Positions 33,672 through 44,171 of a DNA stretch of 64,000 nt are shown piece by piece. Origin of the DNA: Terriglobia bacterium (GTDB lineage Bacteria; Acidobacteriota; Terriglobia; 2-12-FULL-54-10); contig CAXVYR010000004.1 of the NCBI GenBank assembly GCA_963666975.2, positions 1,472,001-1,536,000 of the forward strand, written 5' to 3'. Position 1 is the stretch's first letter; every line of letters starts with the position of its first letter. The translations under genes and the position numbers were made by a program. Below the pieces are notes generated by a model. The model worked only from the letters and a program-made list of their open reading frames with translations, was not told the DNA's origin and made no database searches.

Positions 33672-35210
33672 GTGACTGAAAAGAATAAGGCAAAACGGAT
33701 TTCTAGGCGGGATTTCATAAGGACAACTGGAGCAGGGGTGCTGACTGCCGGAGTCAGTGCCAACATTGGCGTTATGGCCCAGAAAGAAAACCCACTAGAT
33801 CGAACCAACATCGATTCCAGCGATCCTAACTTCCAACCAATCCTGGAGGACTTACAGGGCAACATTCTAGCGAGCCATGGTCGAGATCATAGCGTTCATA
33901 TTTTCCTTAAGTTCAGATCAGACCTGGATGTCACAAATAAATGGATCCGAAGTTTTGCACAGAGCTACATCACATCAGCTAAGAAACAGGCCGAAGATGC
34001 GGAACGATATCGAAATGAAAACATTACAGGAGGCCTGTTCACCACCTTTTTTCTGTCTGCGCCCGGTTATAGGGTTCTGGAATTTCCGCTTGTAAAAATT
34101 CCATGCGGGCAGTAGGAGGCCTGTTCACCACCTTTTTTCTTGCGCCCGGTTATAGGGTTCATTTCCGCTTTTAAAAAAGGCAGTAGGAGCTTTCTTCGGC
34201 ATTTTACCCGTGTAAAGCTGAAAGACCCAGAAGTCCAGGACTGGGAAGAAGGTTTTCAGGATGAGATCCATGCATTAATTCTCATCGCCGATGACAGCAG
34301 CGAAAAGCTGGCTGAGGAAGCAGGAAAAATCCGGATGGAGGTCGAAAAGTTTGCGAGCATCCTTAATGTGGAAGTCGGACAAAGACTGAAAAGAGATGGA
34401 AAGGAAATCGAACCCTTCGGCTTTGCAGATGGAATCAGCCAACCATTGTTTCTGAAAGGCGACATTGAACGTGCGAAAAATCAGGGGACGGACAAATGGG
34501 ATCCATCTACAAATTTAAGCCTGGTTCTTACAAAAGATCCAAACGGGCTAACCGACTACAGTTTTGGCAGTTACCTCGTATACAGAAAACTCGAACAGAA
34601 TGTGGCAGGTTTCAAAAGACGGCTGCAATCCCTAGCTGAAGAGCTCGAAATAGATGAGGAATTGGCAGGAGCCCTCGCCGTTGGACGATTCCAGGATGGA
34701 ACTCCGGTAACACTCCAGGACACTCCCGGAATGGGAGCCATTTCTAACAATTTCAACTACGCTGACGACAGAGATGGAAATAGATGTCCTTTCCATGCAC
34801 ATATCCGAAAGTCAAATCCGCGCGGTGATACAGTGCCACCCCTTAGGGAGGAACGGCAACATCGGATTGTTCGCCGGAGCACGGTCTATGGGACGAAGAA
34901 TTTACAGTCGGAGCCAACAGAGGACATTGGACTGCTCTTTATGTGTTATCAAAGCGACATAGCAAATCAGTTCGAGTTTATCCAAGATTCCTGGGCCAAC
35001 CAGGTTCACTTTGCTCGGCAGAACACAGGTCTCGATCCAATTATTGGTCGTGGCGAGCAACTCCCCGAGGGACAATTGTGGCACAAAGAGTGGGGAGGTC
35101 GGCCAGATTCAACCGATATTGTGCATTTCGGCTTGGCTCATTTTGTTTCCATGAAGGGTGGAGAATATTTCTTTGCGCCTAGCATCGGTTTTCTGAAGCA
35201 GATCGAATAA
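33672..35210 (+). CDS. Tat-exported Dyp-type peroxidase; reading frame broken by a noisy ~87-bp duplication at ~34028-34190
   Basis: SRRDFI twin-arginine signal, LQGNIL, EPFGFADGISQP (GxxDG), GSYLVYRKLEQ, CPFHAHIRKSNPR, IVRR, GGEYFFAPS. Confidence 0.88.
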
Positions 35211-35340
35211 CTCATGTTTAATGAAACAGCCCTTTAGCCCGGTTGTTTGCTGGAGGGCATGGATAACCAACGAGTCCAAGACTGTTTCAGATGATAGCTG
35301 TTCAGACTATCCGTAAGGCATGGTTGGAGGAGGAGGAGTT

Positions 35341-37254
35341 ATGGTGACAGAAAAGCGCATGAATACTCGAAAACAGCCTTTCCCTTTTTTCTACAAGAAC
35401 CTTTCGTGGATTGTAGTATTCGGTTTGCTTTCCTGCATGGAAGTGATCGCGTTCCAAGCGTCGGATGCAGTAGAGGGCGATGATAGCCTAGAGGAACAAG
35501 AAAAGGGTGCATGGTATACCCCGCCGCTCCCTTCACTTGGCGATCGAATGCAGGCAGTGCATTCGGTTTTGTTGCCAAATGGCAAGGTCCTAATGGTCAA
35601 CGGAAGCAGCAATCGGAATAGAATTGAAAATAACGAAATACTGGATGGAGTTGACGTAACAGATTATGCTACTGTCAATAATACAGCCATCTTCGATCCG
35701 GAAGCACCGCCTGCGAGTCCCGGCATTACCCGCATTGGATCTCCCAACAATCCCGATGAAGCCGGTGAGTCTACAGACCTTTTCTGTTCTGGACATATAC
35801 ACCTCTGGAACGGAAATGTTCTGTTTGTCAGTGGAACACGATTCTACTATCCTCCCGAATCCTTTCGTGGCCACAAGAATGCAGTTGTATTTGATTGGAA
35901 GAATCTATCATGGCAGTCTGTCGGCAAAACAATAGACGGACACTGGTATCCCACATTGGTCCCTCTGTCTGACGGCAGGATTGCAGTTTTCTCCGGCTTT
36001 TCTGATGATGCGCCGGCCAACAGTCCACTTGTAGAGTTCTATGATCCAAAACAGTCCACTGAAGAGGCATGGACAGCAGTGAACATAGCCACACTGCCCG
36101 ACGGGCCTTTCACTTCTACGATAAGCACAGATCCGACAGACATTGACATGCTGCAATTCTACCCACGCATATTCCCGCTTTCCGACGGACGTCTGTTTAT
36201 TACCGGAGACGGTGCAGGCGTAGCGAACGTGGAGAGCCAGAATACCTATTTCATGTCTGTTTCCAGCGCGAACGGCGATCAGCCTCCTGTGGTTTCGTTC
36301 AGTCCTGGACCAAAGAGGATAGCTAAAAACAAGCAGTACGGCACAGCCGTGGTTGATCCCAATTCCCCCAATGGCGACATTCTGCTGATCGGAGGGATGG
36401 GGGGTACTAACAACGCGATCAACCACGGACCTGGCATGTTTGCCGTTCCCAGCGCGTATGTAACTGGCAACCTGGAACGTCTACGGGCACCTACAGCACA
36501 GAGTGACTGGTCCGTAGAACTCACGAAGCAATTTCTGGGTGATCAGCCAGAAGACGTCCGTACCATGCACTTGGCTGTAATTCTACCCACGAAACAGATT
36601 CTGGTAATGAACGGGGGCAATTACGCGTTCCACCGCCCCGTATACCATCCACTCCTTTTAACTCCAGATCCGTCTTCTCTCGGCGGCTACCGCATGAAAC
36701 GGATGAAATCTGCCAATCAACCTCGACTCTACCATAGTGCAGCGCTGCTCCTGCCCGATGGACGTGTCTTTACTGCGGGGGGCAATGCAAATCGTGCTGT
36801 CAGGAATCCAAACGACGGGGCCGTAACCCTCCTTGTTAAAAGAACGCCGCAGGGAATCTTTCAATTTGCAGAGAAAGGAGAATATGTGATTCCAGCCGAA
36901 AACTGGCAGATTGAAATATATGAGCCACCGTATCTTTTTATTCCAGGACCACGACCGGAGATAACTCAGGCACCCGAATCTGTAAACTATGGTGAGTCGG
37001 CAGCCCTCACTGTGAATAATATGACGATCGACGCTTCCCTTATAATGATCAAACTAGGCTCAGTGACGCACGGGTGGGATAACGGTCAACGATTGACAGA
37101 TCTGAGGTTCTCCCAGGACCTTAATAGAGGTGAAGTTACCTTCACGTCGCCGACCAACGCTAATGTCAACCCACCCGGCTACTATATGCTTTTCTACTTA
37201 AATGGCAGCGGAAAGCCTTCTCGTGCGGCCATGGTTCGACTTGGTGGAACATAA
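35341..37254 (+). CDS. Copper radical oxidase (galactose/glyoxal oxidase, AA5/GlxA-like; kelch plus C-terminal DUF1929-like domain)
   Basis: Signal peptide; DLFCSGH (Cys), WYPT, FYPR (Tyr), RLYHSAALLLPDGRV (Tyr-His), GSVTHGWDNGQR (His), PPGYYMLF. Confidence 0.9.
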   Translation: MVTEKRMNTRKQPFPFFYKNLSWIVVFGLLSCMEVIAFQASDAVEGDDSLEEQEKGAWYTPPLPSLGDRMQAVHSVLLPNGKVLMVNGSSNRNRIENNEILDGVDVTDYATVNNTAIFDPEAPPASPGITRIGSPNNPDEAGESTDLFCSGHIHLWNGNVLFVSGTRFYYPPESFRGHKNAVVFDWKNLSWQSVGKTIDGHWYPTLVPLSDGRIAVFSGFSDDAPANSPLVEFYDPKQSTEEAWTAVNIATLPDGPFTSTISTDPTDIDMLQFYPRIFPLSDGRLFITGDGAGVANVESQNTYFMSVSSANGDQPPVVSFSPGPKRIAKNKQYGTAVVDPNSPNGDILLIGGMGGTNNAINHGPGMFAVPSAYVTGNLERLRAPTAQSDWSVELTKQFLGDQPEDVRTMHLAVILPTKQILVMNGGNYAFHRPVYHPLLLTPDPSSLGGYRMKRMKSANQPRLYHSAALLLPDGRVFTAGGNANRAVRNPNDGAVTLLVKRTPQGIFQFAEKGEYVIPAENWQIEIYEPPYLFIPGPRPEITQAPESVNYGESAALTVNNMTIDASLIMIKLGSVTHGWDNGQRLTDLRFSQDLNRGEVTFTSPTNANVNPPGYYMLFYLNGSGKPSRAAMVRLGGT

Positions 37255-37411
37255 CTTCCGAGCTTACCTTAAAGGTGCCTTGGTGTCCTCACGGATTAGT
37301 CCATATGAGCCCACAACGCCAAAATTCAAAGAGAGTCCTTCGGGCAGGAAGAAAAGGTCCTCGAATCTTGTTAATGGAATCTTGTTCAACGTACCGATAA
37401 ATTTGTCAGGT

Positions 37412-37807
37412 ATGAGCAATTTAATCGTAGTGCTCGGGATTCTGGTAGTGACCAGTCTGCTGCTGGCACAGGATGTCAACCCTTGGTTAGTTCCGGAAGC
37501 AGCAAAGAAGCACAAGAACCCCGTGACCTCCTCCCCAGAATCGATTAAAAAAGGAATGCTATTTTATAGAGGTAACTGCATGCCTTGTCACGGCGTGAAA
37601 GGGGATGGTGACGGTCCCAAGCGAGAAGAACTTCCCCGTAAGCCGGGCGATTTTACTGATCGTAGGAAGATGAGCACGATGGCAGATGGAGAGATTTTTT
37701 GGAAGATGAGTAAGGGGCGTGACCCCATGCCCTCGTTTGCTGCAAAGCTCAGTGAAGAGCAACGCTGGCACTTGGTGAATTATGTGCGCACCTTTGCCAA
37801 TAAATAG
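37412..37807 (+). CDS. Exported monoheme c-type cytochrome
   Basis: Signal peptide, CMPCHG heme motif, distal PMPSF Met, WHLVNYVR. Confidence 0.9.
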   Translation: MSNLIVVLGILVVTSLLLAQDVNPWLVPEAAKKHKNPVTSSPESIKKGMLFYRGNCMPCHGVKGDGDGPKREELPRKPGDFTDRRKMSTMADGEIFWKMSKGRDPMPSFAAKLSEEQRWHLVNYVRTFANK

Positions 37808-38074
37808 GGGGCTCCGAATGGTCCTCTCCAGGTCCTTAAAGCTCGTCGCCCCAGCGTCCAGTACCAGCTTTTTCAGACACCTCTCTATTCCTGGAGGATA
37901 ATCGGAATCGTTTTCTTTGGTGCCAGTCTGCTGGCAAATAATCGTCTCTTCAAATGGCTTTCCGCTACCAGCAACCAATAATATCGCGCGCTCCACCAGC
38001 CATCAGGCGGGTACTTCCGTCATTAGAGGCCCGCCGTATGCTTTTAGGCGAAGGGTAAGCTCAATATCGAAAAT

Positions 38075-38356
38075 TCCCGTGTTGTATTCCTTCCTCCATC
38101 CCTCGATCACAATTTGAGCCTTTTTCAACGAGTAGAAGATCTCTCCATTGAGGCACTCATCCCGCAACTCTGGGTGTGGATTCCGGCTTCTTTGCAGGCT
38201 TGGGGCACCGTCTTCCCGTTCGCTATTTGCACTTCGATCTGATGCAGGACCGTTACAATCTGTTCCGGTTTGTTCTTCTGGATCGACATGACCTGTTTTC
38301 CTCCTGGTCGAGATTCTCTCTCACTTCAGGTGGTACAAAAAACGCCGGTCAGGTCA
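38075..38356 (-). mobile_element. Internally deleted IS3-family remnant
   Basis: Left end TGACCTGACC...; orfA start MSIQKNKPEQIVTVLHQIEV...ACKEAGI is joined directly to the orfB end LRDECLNGEIFYSLKKAQIVIEGWRKEYN. Confidence 0.8.
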
Positions 38357-38366
38357 TGCTTCCATG

Positions 38367-38389
38367 CTGTACCAAAACTGTACCAAAAC
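38367..38389. repeat. CTGTACCAAAAC x2 tandem, putative integrase arm-type sites (right end)
   Basis: ctgtaccaaaactgtaccaaaac. Confidence 0.75.
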
Positions 38390-38500
38390 CCTCAGGATTC
38401 AGTGCATTGGGATTAGCCTTGAGCGAAAAGCAGATTCCCTAAATTGTTGAAAACGTTGAAAGCAGAACACAAAGGATAGAGCCGTTGGAAAGGGCCATGA

Positions 38501-38544
38501 TGCTCCCGAAGCAGGTGCTCTACCAGGCTGAGCCACGCCCCGAC
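38501..38544 (-). repeat. Displaced 5' half of tRNA-Pro(CGG) (att site)
   Basis: Identical to tRNA nt 1-42 plus 2 upstream bases; no T-arm or 3' acceptor strand follows. Confidence 0.92.
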
Positions 38545-38597
38545 TAGGCTGGCGGGAATCTTCCAGGTTTTCCCACATTCCTAAACTGGCTAGAGCC

Positions 38598-38627
38598 AGT
38601 GTATGGTCCCTCCCAAAGCTTTGTCAA
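38598..38627 (-). promoter_or_regulatory. Sigma70-type promoter, probably the original tRNA-Pro promoter
   Basis: TTGACA-N18-TACACT on the minus strand, about 55 bp upstream of the tRNA 5' fragment. Confidence 0.65.
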
Positions 38628-38833
38628 CCGGGGACCGGAAATTCGCTGTCCTCCATGCTTCAGACGAGGCAGCCTAAAACGTGCTTCCTGCGGCTCGCGC
38701 ACATGCTAATTTCTTGGCCCGCCTGCGGAATGCATCCAAGAAGGAAGGCCGCCCAGAGGCCAGCAACTCTTTCGATGCTTCTATCAATGTTTTCAGGCTT
38801 CGTTTTCAGGCTTCGTTCCTATCCATGTTCCTA

Positions 38834-39607
38834 TTAACGGACCGAGAGCGTATTGAAGGATTCGATCCAATTTGACAGCGAGTGCAGGGGAGAAGGCTCG
38901 GTGCCGCCAAGGGTCAGCGGGGTGATGGCGATATAGCCGTCGCGAACGGCGGCATAATCGGAGTCGGGGGTGATTTTCTGCGCATCCACTTGCTCCGACA
39001 TCCAATAATATTTGCCATCCTTGGGGTCGGTGGTCTCCACCAGGACATTCCGGGCAATCCGGGTGCCTTGACGCGCCAGACGGACTCCGTTGCTCCAGCC
39101 GTCCGGCACGTTCACATTCAAAGTCACTCCCGCAGGCAGTCCTTCTTCCAAGACCATGCCTGCCAGCCGGGCTGCAAAGTCAGCCGCCGGCTCAAACTGA
39201 AAATTCTGCCGCGCGCAAATGGAGATTGCGATCGAGGGAACCCCGTGCAGCGTGCCCTCCACGGCCGCTCCCACCGTCCCCGAGTAGTAGGCGTTTGCCC
39301 CCAGGTTCGATCCCTTGTTGATGCCGGAAAAAACCATGTCCGGCCTTTCCGGGATGATGTGATTCAGCGCCAAGATGACCGCGTCCGCAGGAGTTCCATG
39401 CACGGCATGCCAATCCGTTTTCACCTGCTCATAGCGGAGGGGGCGTGACAAAGAAATCGAGTGGCTGGAGGCGCTCATCTCCTGGCGAGGAGCCACCACC
39501 CGCACCTGCCCCACGCGGCCCAGCGCCTGGGCCAAAGCAACAATGCCTTCCGAATCGACTCCATCGTCGTTGGTCACCAGTATGCTGGGTCTGGAACCTG
39601 CGGCCAC
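38834..39607 (-). CDS. surE: 5'/3'-nucleotidase SurE
   Basis: ILVTNDDG, SASSHSIS, GTPAD, SGINKGSN, YSGTVGAA; start set to the GTG after an AGGAG RBS to avoid overlap with the tRNA. Confidence 0.95.
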   Translation of the reverse strand: MAAGSRPSILVTNDDGVDSEGIVALAQALGRVGQVRVVAPRQEMSASSHSISLSRPLRYEQVKTDWHAVHGTPADAVILALNHIIPERPDMVFSGINKGSNLGANAYYSGTVGAAVEGTLHGVPSIAISICARQNFQFEPAADFAARLAGMVLEEGLPAGVTLNVNVPDGWSNGVRLARQGTRIARNVLVETTDPKDGKYYWMSEQVDAQKITPDSDYAAVRDGYIAITPLTLGGTEPSPLHSLSNWIESFNTLSVR

Positions 39608-39664
39608 CTGGAATGCTCCTGTGGGAAAAGAATCTGCAAGGGGAAAACAGACAATCAACAGCAA

Positions 39665-39743
<79 letters not shown>

Positions 39744-39756
39744 TCTTTCACAGGTA

Positions 39757-40176
39757 TCACGTTTTCTCTAGCATGGTCAAGATTTCATCCAGCTCCCGGC
39801 GAATGCGCCCGAAAGCGGAGCGGGATGGTTCCGAGAAAGGCAGGCCGGTTTGCCGCCCGCGGGCCGGGGACGAATCCGAGCGGGAGCTGCTCCTCTTTTT
39901 TTTAAGCTGGTTCCGGGCGCCCGGAATCGTAAAGCCCTGCTGGTAGAGCAATCGCTTGATCTCGAGAACCACCTCGATGTCTTTCCGGCGATAACGGCGA
40001 TGCCCCGATTTGCCTTTGAAGGGACGAAACATCGTGAACTGGGTCTCCCAGAAGCGAAGCACGTATGGCTCCACGCCGGTGATGCGGGACACTTCCCGGA
40101 TTGGAAAGTAGAGTTTGTCGGGAATCTCCCCAGTCCCAGACTGCTTGTCCGCGCCAGCCGCTGCGGAGAGGGCCAT
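39757..40176 (-). CDS. MerR-family transcriptional regulator
   Basis: IPDKLYFPIREVSRITGVEPYVLRFWETQF...GHRRY...GFTIPGAR; merR-tRNA(Pro)-surE order. Confidence 0.92.
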   Translation of the reverse strand: MALSAAAGADKQSGTGEIPDKLYFPIREVSRITGVEPYVLRFWETQFTMFRPFKGKSGHRRYRRKDIEVVLEIKRLLYQQGFTIPGARNQLKKKRSSSRSDSSPARGRQTGLPFSEPSRSAFGRIRRELDEILTMLEKT

Positions 40177-40474
40177 GGCACTCGCCGCCTCCCTCGAAGA
40201 TGCTCCTCGAACCATGTCTTTAGTCTCTTTACTGTGTTCTGTGAGAGCGAACAACAACCCATCTTAACAATAGTGCCTGTGTCTGCGCAATTGTCAGCCG
40301 CGGATCGCAATGAACGGTCTTTCCGCCTTGGCTGTCTTGCCTTTTCCGGAAGGCCAAAACTCCTTTTCCGGAATCACCAGTGTAACCTGTAAAGTAACTA
40401 AAAAAGTAACCAGGCCAGCCTGGCGCCGGTCCGTAACTGCCGATTCTTCATTTGTGATATCCTATGAATTGACA

Positions 40475-41170
40475 ATGAATTGCAGACGATCAAAGCTCCA
40501 CTTATGCCTCTTGGGATTGATTCTGCTTGCCTGCTACAAGCAGACAGAAATCCTCGCTCACGCCTCTCCCCCTGCACCTCCCCAACGATCCATGAGCGAG
40601 GTGCTGAAAAATGTGGAAAGGAAATACAATCGCCTCAAAACCGTGCGAATGCGCTTTCAGCAGATTTACCGGCAGGGCGACCGGATCATCCGCGAAGAAG
40701 AAGGCATCTTGTACCTGCGCAAGCCGGGCAAGATGCGATGGGAGTATGAGCGTCCCGAGCCGAAGCTGTTCCTGACCGACGGACGCCGGCTGATCCTGTA
40801 CCTCCCCAATGAAAACCGGATGACGGAGACGGCGGTGAAAGAAAGCGGCGACTTGCGCACTCCTCTGCGATTTCTTCTGGGAAACATGCGGTTTGCCGAA
40901 GAGTTCCGGCGAATTGAAACCTCAACGGATTTTGAGCCTCTCGAAGACGGCAATCTCGTTCTCAAGGCATTTTCCGAGCGCCTGGAAAACCGCCTGGAAT
41001 GGGTATTGTTTGAAATCAACCCCGAACACCAAATCCGGAGGCTGGTCCTGCAAGAACCGGGTGATATTCAGCAGGAGTTTCGATTTGAAGGGGAAGAGTC
41101 GAATCTCCCCCTATCGGAGCAACTGTTCCGCTTCCTGCCGCCGGAGGGCACAGAAGTAATCCGGCAGTGA
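40475..41170 (+). CDS. lolA: Outer-membrane lipoprotein carrier protein LolA family
   Basis: FQQ...EGILYLRKPGKMRWEY..PEPKLFLTDG...TPL..L...LFRFLPPEGTEVI. Confidence 0.88.
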   Translation: MNCRRSKLHLCLLGLILLACYKQTEILAHASPPAPPQRSMSEVLKNVERKYNRLKTVRMRFQQIYRQGDRIIREEEGILYLRKPGKMRWEYERPEPKLFLTDGRRLILYLPNENRMTETAVKESGDLRTPLRFLLGNMRFAEEFRRIETSTDFEPLEDGNLVLKAFSERLENRLEWVLFEINPEHQIRRLVLQEPGDIQQEFRFEGEESNLPLSEQLFRFLPPEGTEVIRQ

Positions 41171-41242
41171 GAAGAGCTTCCCGGCTGTCTGTGATACGAA
41201 GGGCTGGAAAGAAGAGAGAAGGCTCTCTCCCGAGAAAGTACG

Positions 41243-42451
41243 ATGCCTGAATACATCTGCCGACTCGCCAACGACCGGGGAAAGGTTCTGAACCTGGTGG
41301 AGAAAGCTGACTCCGAATCGGAGCTGCTGGACCGGTATAAGCAAAAGGGACTGTATGTCTATTCGATCCGCCCTCGCACACATTTGAGAAGCGCCCTGAA
41401 AACGGGCGGTTCAAAAAAGAAAGTCAAACTCTCCGAATTTCTGATCTTCAATCAGCAGTTTGTCACCTTGATCCGGGCCGGGCTTCCGATCCTGAAGTCC
41501 CTGGACCTGCTGGCGGCGCACATTGCCCAGCCCTCGCTGCGCATTTCCATCAACGAGATTCGCGATAGCGTCCGGGGAGGCTCTTTGCTTTCCGAGGCTT
41601 TTCGCGAGCAAGCCATCTTCCCGAATATCTATATCACTTCCGTGCTGGCCGGCGAGAAGAGCGGAAGCCTGGAAGCAGTCCTGGACCGTTATATTGGTTA
41701 CCAGCGCACGGCCCTGAGCGTGAAGAGGAAGCTGCGGGCTTCTCTGGTCTACCCGGCGCTGCTGCTGGTCATGGTGACGCTCCTGGTGAGCTTTCTGGTG
41801 ACTTACGTCATCCCGAACTTTGCCGATCTCTACCGGACCATGTCCGAGCAACTCCCGCCCATGACGCAGGCCTTGATCACGTTCACCGACGCCTCCAGGC
41901 AATATGTGATTGTGTTGACGCTGCTGCCGGCAGGAATGGGTTTCGGTTTCTGGTTGTGGAGTAAGACGCAAAGCGGCGGGCAGACTCTGGACCGCTTCAA
42001 GATGAAACTGCCGCTGGCGGGAAGCATTTGGACCAAGCACCAGGTGGCTCAATTCGCCCGCATCTTGGGAACGCTGCTTTCCGGCGGCATTCCGCTGGTG
42101 CAGGCGCTCGAAACGGCCAGCCAATCGGTGACTTCCCCGTTGCTGCGGCATTCGCTGGACGCCGCCACCCGCCAGGTGCGCGAGGGCAATCCACTGTGGG
42201 AAAGTTTGTCCCGGACGGGTTTCTTTCCGGAAATGGCCATCGAGATGATCCAGGTCGGAGAGTCCTCGGGCGCCATGCACCAGATGCTGACCAGCGTGGC
42301 GGAATTTTTCGAGGAGGACGTCAGCACGAACCTGACCGCCATGCTGACGCTGGTCGAACCGGCCATCCTGATCTTTATGGGCCTGGTGGTGGCGTTTGTC
42401 TTAGTGGCGCTTTATCTGCCGATCTTTTCTCTGGCAGGCAAGGTAGGATAA
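41243..42451 (+). CDS. Type II secretion/type IV pilus platform protein (GspF/PilC family)
   Basis: Two T2SSF repeats (AGEKSGSL, VGESSG, EPAILIFMG...YLPIF). Confidence 0.93.
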   Translation: MPEYICRLANDRGKVLNLVEKADSESELLDRYKQKGLYVYSIRPRTHLRSALKTGGSKKKVKLSEFLIFNQQFVTLIRAGLPILKSLDLLAAHIAQPSLRISINEIRDSVRGGSLLSEAFREQAIFPNIYITSVLAGEKSGSLEAVLDRYIGYQRTALSVKRKLRASLVYPALLLVMVTLLVSFLVTYVIPNFADLYRTMSEQLPPMTQALITFTDASRQYVIVLTLLPAGMGFGFWLWSKTQSGGQTLDRFKMKLPLAGSIWTKHQVAQFARILGTLLSGGIPLVQALETASQSVTSPLLRHSLDAATRQVREGNPLWESLSRTGFFPEMAIEMIQVGESSGAMHQMLTSVAEFFEEDVSTNLTAMLTLVEPAILIFMGLVVAFVLVALYLPIFSLAGKVG

Positions 42452-42457
42452 TAGGGT

Positions 42458-44110
42458 ATGGAGAACGAACACCAAAGCGGTACGGCGAAACTCGGCAACG
42501 GGGTTGAAGTAGAAGCAAAGGACGCCGCGCAGGATCAGGAGCGCAGCCGGCAATTGGCGGCCCGCTACCGCTGCGAGTTTATCCATCTGCAGAACTACAA
42601 AATCGACCATGAACTGTTCCGCACCATCCCGGTGGACCTGATGTTCCGCTACAACTTCGTCCCCTTGCGGGCCGAGGGTGAGACGCTGGAGATCGCCATG
42701 GCGGACCCCAGCCAGCTGATGATGATCGACGAGGTGTCGCTGCTGCTGGACAAGCGCCTGGTCGTTCGCGTAGCCACCCTTGCTGAGATCAGCGACTATC
42801 TCAAGAAAACCGAGCAGTCCCAGCGTGTGCTCGACGAGGCGACCGAGGGCTTCACGCTGGACATCATCCGCGACGAAGAAAACGGCGAGGAGACCATCTC
42901 GATTGACCGCCTGACGCGGGACAGCGCGATCAGTCCGGTGATCCGCCTGGTCGACACTACGATTTTTACGGCCCTGGAGCGCCGGGCCAGCGACATTCAC
43001 ATCGAGACCCGCGACAACGAGGTGATGATCAAATACCGGATCGACGGGGTGCTGCACCAAGCCATGCAGCCGATCTCCAAGGAATTCCAATCCGCCATCA
43101 TCTCGCGCATCAAGGTCATGTCGGAGTTGGACATCGCCGAGCGGCGCGTGCCCCAGGACGGCCGCTTCCGGGTCCGCTACAAGAACCGTTACATTGATTT
43201 CCGCGTCTCCATCATGCCCGCCATCCACGGCGAGGACGCCGTACTGCGCGTTCTGGACAAGGAATCGATGAGCGAAAAGTTCCGCAACCTGACGCTCGAT
43301 GTCGTCGGCTTCACGGAAACGGACCTGAGAAAGTTCCGGCACTTTATCTCGGAGCCTTACGGCATGGTGCTGGTCACGGGGCCTACCGGCAGCGGCAAAA
43401 CAACCACCCTGTATGCGGCGCTCAACGAAATTCGCACCGACGAAGATAAAATCATCACCATTGAAGACCCGGTCGAGTACCAGATTCGCGGAATCACGCA
43501 AATCCCGGTCAATGAGAAGAAGGGGCTGACCTTCGCGCGGGGCCTGCGCTCCATCCTGCGGCACGACCCGGACAAGATCATGGTGGGAGAAATCCGCGAC
43601 AACGAAACAGCGCAGATCGCCATCCAATCCGCCCTCACCGGGCATCTGGTTTTCACCACCGTCCACGCCAACAACGTGGTCGACGTGCTCGGGCGCTTCT
43701 TGAACATGGGCGTGGAACCTTACAACTTCGTCTCGTCGCTCAACTGTATTCTGGCGCAACGCCTGGCCCGCGTGATTTGCAACAATTGCAAAACACAGGT
43801 TCGCTATCCCGATTCCGTGCTGGAGGAATCCGCCCTGCCTCCCGCCGTCTGGTCTGGGGTGCCTTTCTATGAAGGGGCTGGGTGTATTGAGTGTTCCGGA
43901 ACCGGGTTCCGGGGACGCACGGCGATTCACGAGCTGCTGGAATTATCGGATCACATTCGGGAATTGATCCTGGAGAAAAGGCCCACCTCGGAGATTCGGC
44001 GGGCCGCAGAGGAAAAAGGTTTGACACCGCTGCGCGAGTCTGCTGTCGAAAGGGTCAAGAGCGGCATGACCACGCTGAAGGAGATCAACAAGATCACCTT
44101 TATCGGGTGA
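42458..44110 (+). CDS. GspE/PilB family assembly ATPase
   Basis: ASDIHIE, PQDGR, GPTGSGKTTT, TIEDPVEY, LRHDPD, CxxC...CxxC. Confidence 0.95.
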   Translation: MENEHQSGTAKLGNGVEVEAKDAAQDQERSRQLAARYRCEFIHLQNYKIDHELFRTIPVDLMFRYNFVPLRAEGETLEIAMADPSQLMMIDEVSLLLDKRLVVRVATLAEISDYLKKTEQSQRVLDEATEGFTLDIIRDEENGEETISIDRLTRDSAISPVIRLVDTTIFTALERRASDIHIETRDNEVMIKYRIDGVLHQAMQPISKEFQSAIISRIKVMSELDIAERRVPQDGRFRVRYKNRYIDFRVSIMPAIHGEDAVLRVLDKESMSEKFRNLTLDVVGFTETDLRKFRHFISEPYGMVLVTGPTGSGKTTTLYAALNEIRTDEDKIITIEDPVEYQIRGITQIPVNEKKGLTFARGLRSILRHDPDKIMVGEIRDNETAQIAIQSALTGHLVFTTVHANNVVDVLGRFLNMGVEPYNFVSSLNCILAQRLARVICNNCKTQVRYPDSVLEESALPPAVWSGVPFYEGAGCIECSGTGFRGRTAIHELLELSDHIRELILEKRPTSEIRRAAEEKGLTPLRESAVERVKSGMTTLKEINKITFIG

Positions 44111-44171
44111 ACCATGATTGGGCGAGCCATCGCAGAAGATAGATAAATAGATAAAAGGAACTCACGGCACT

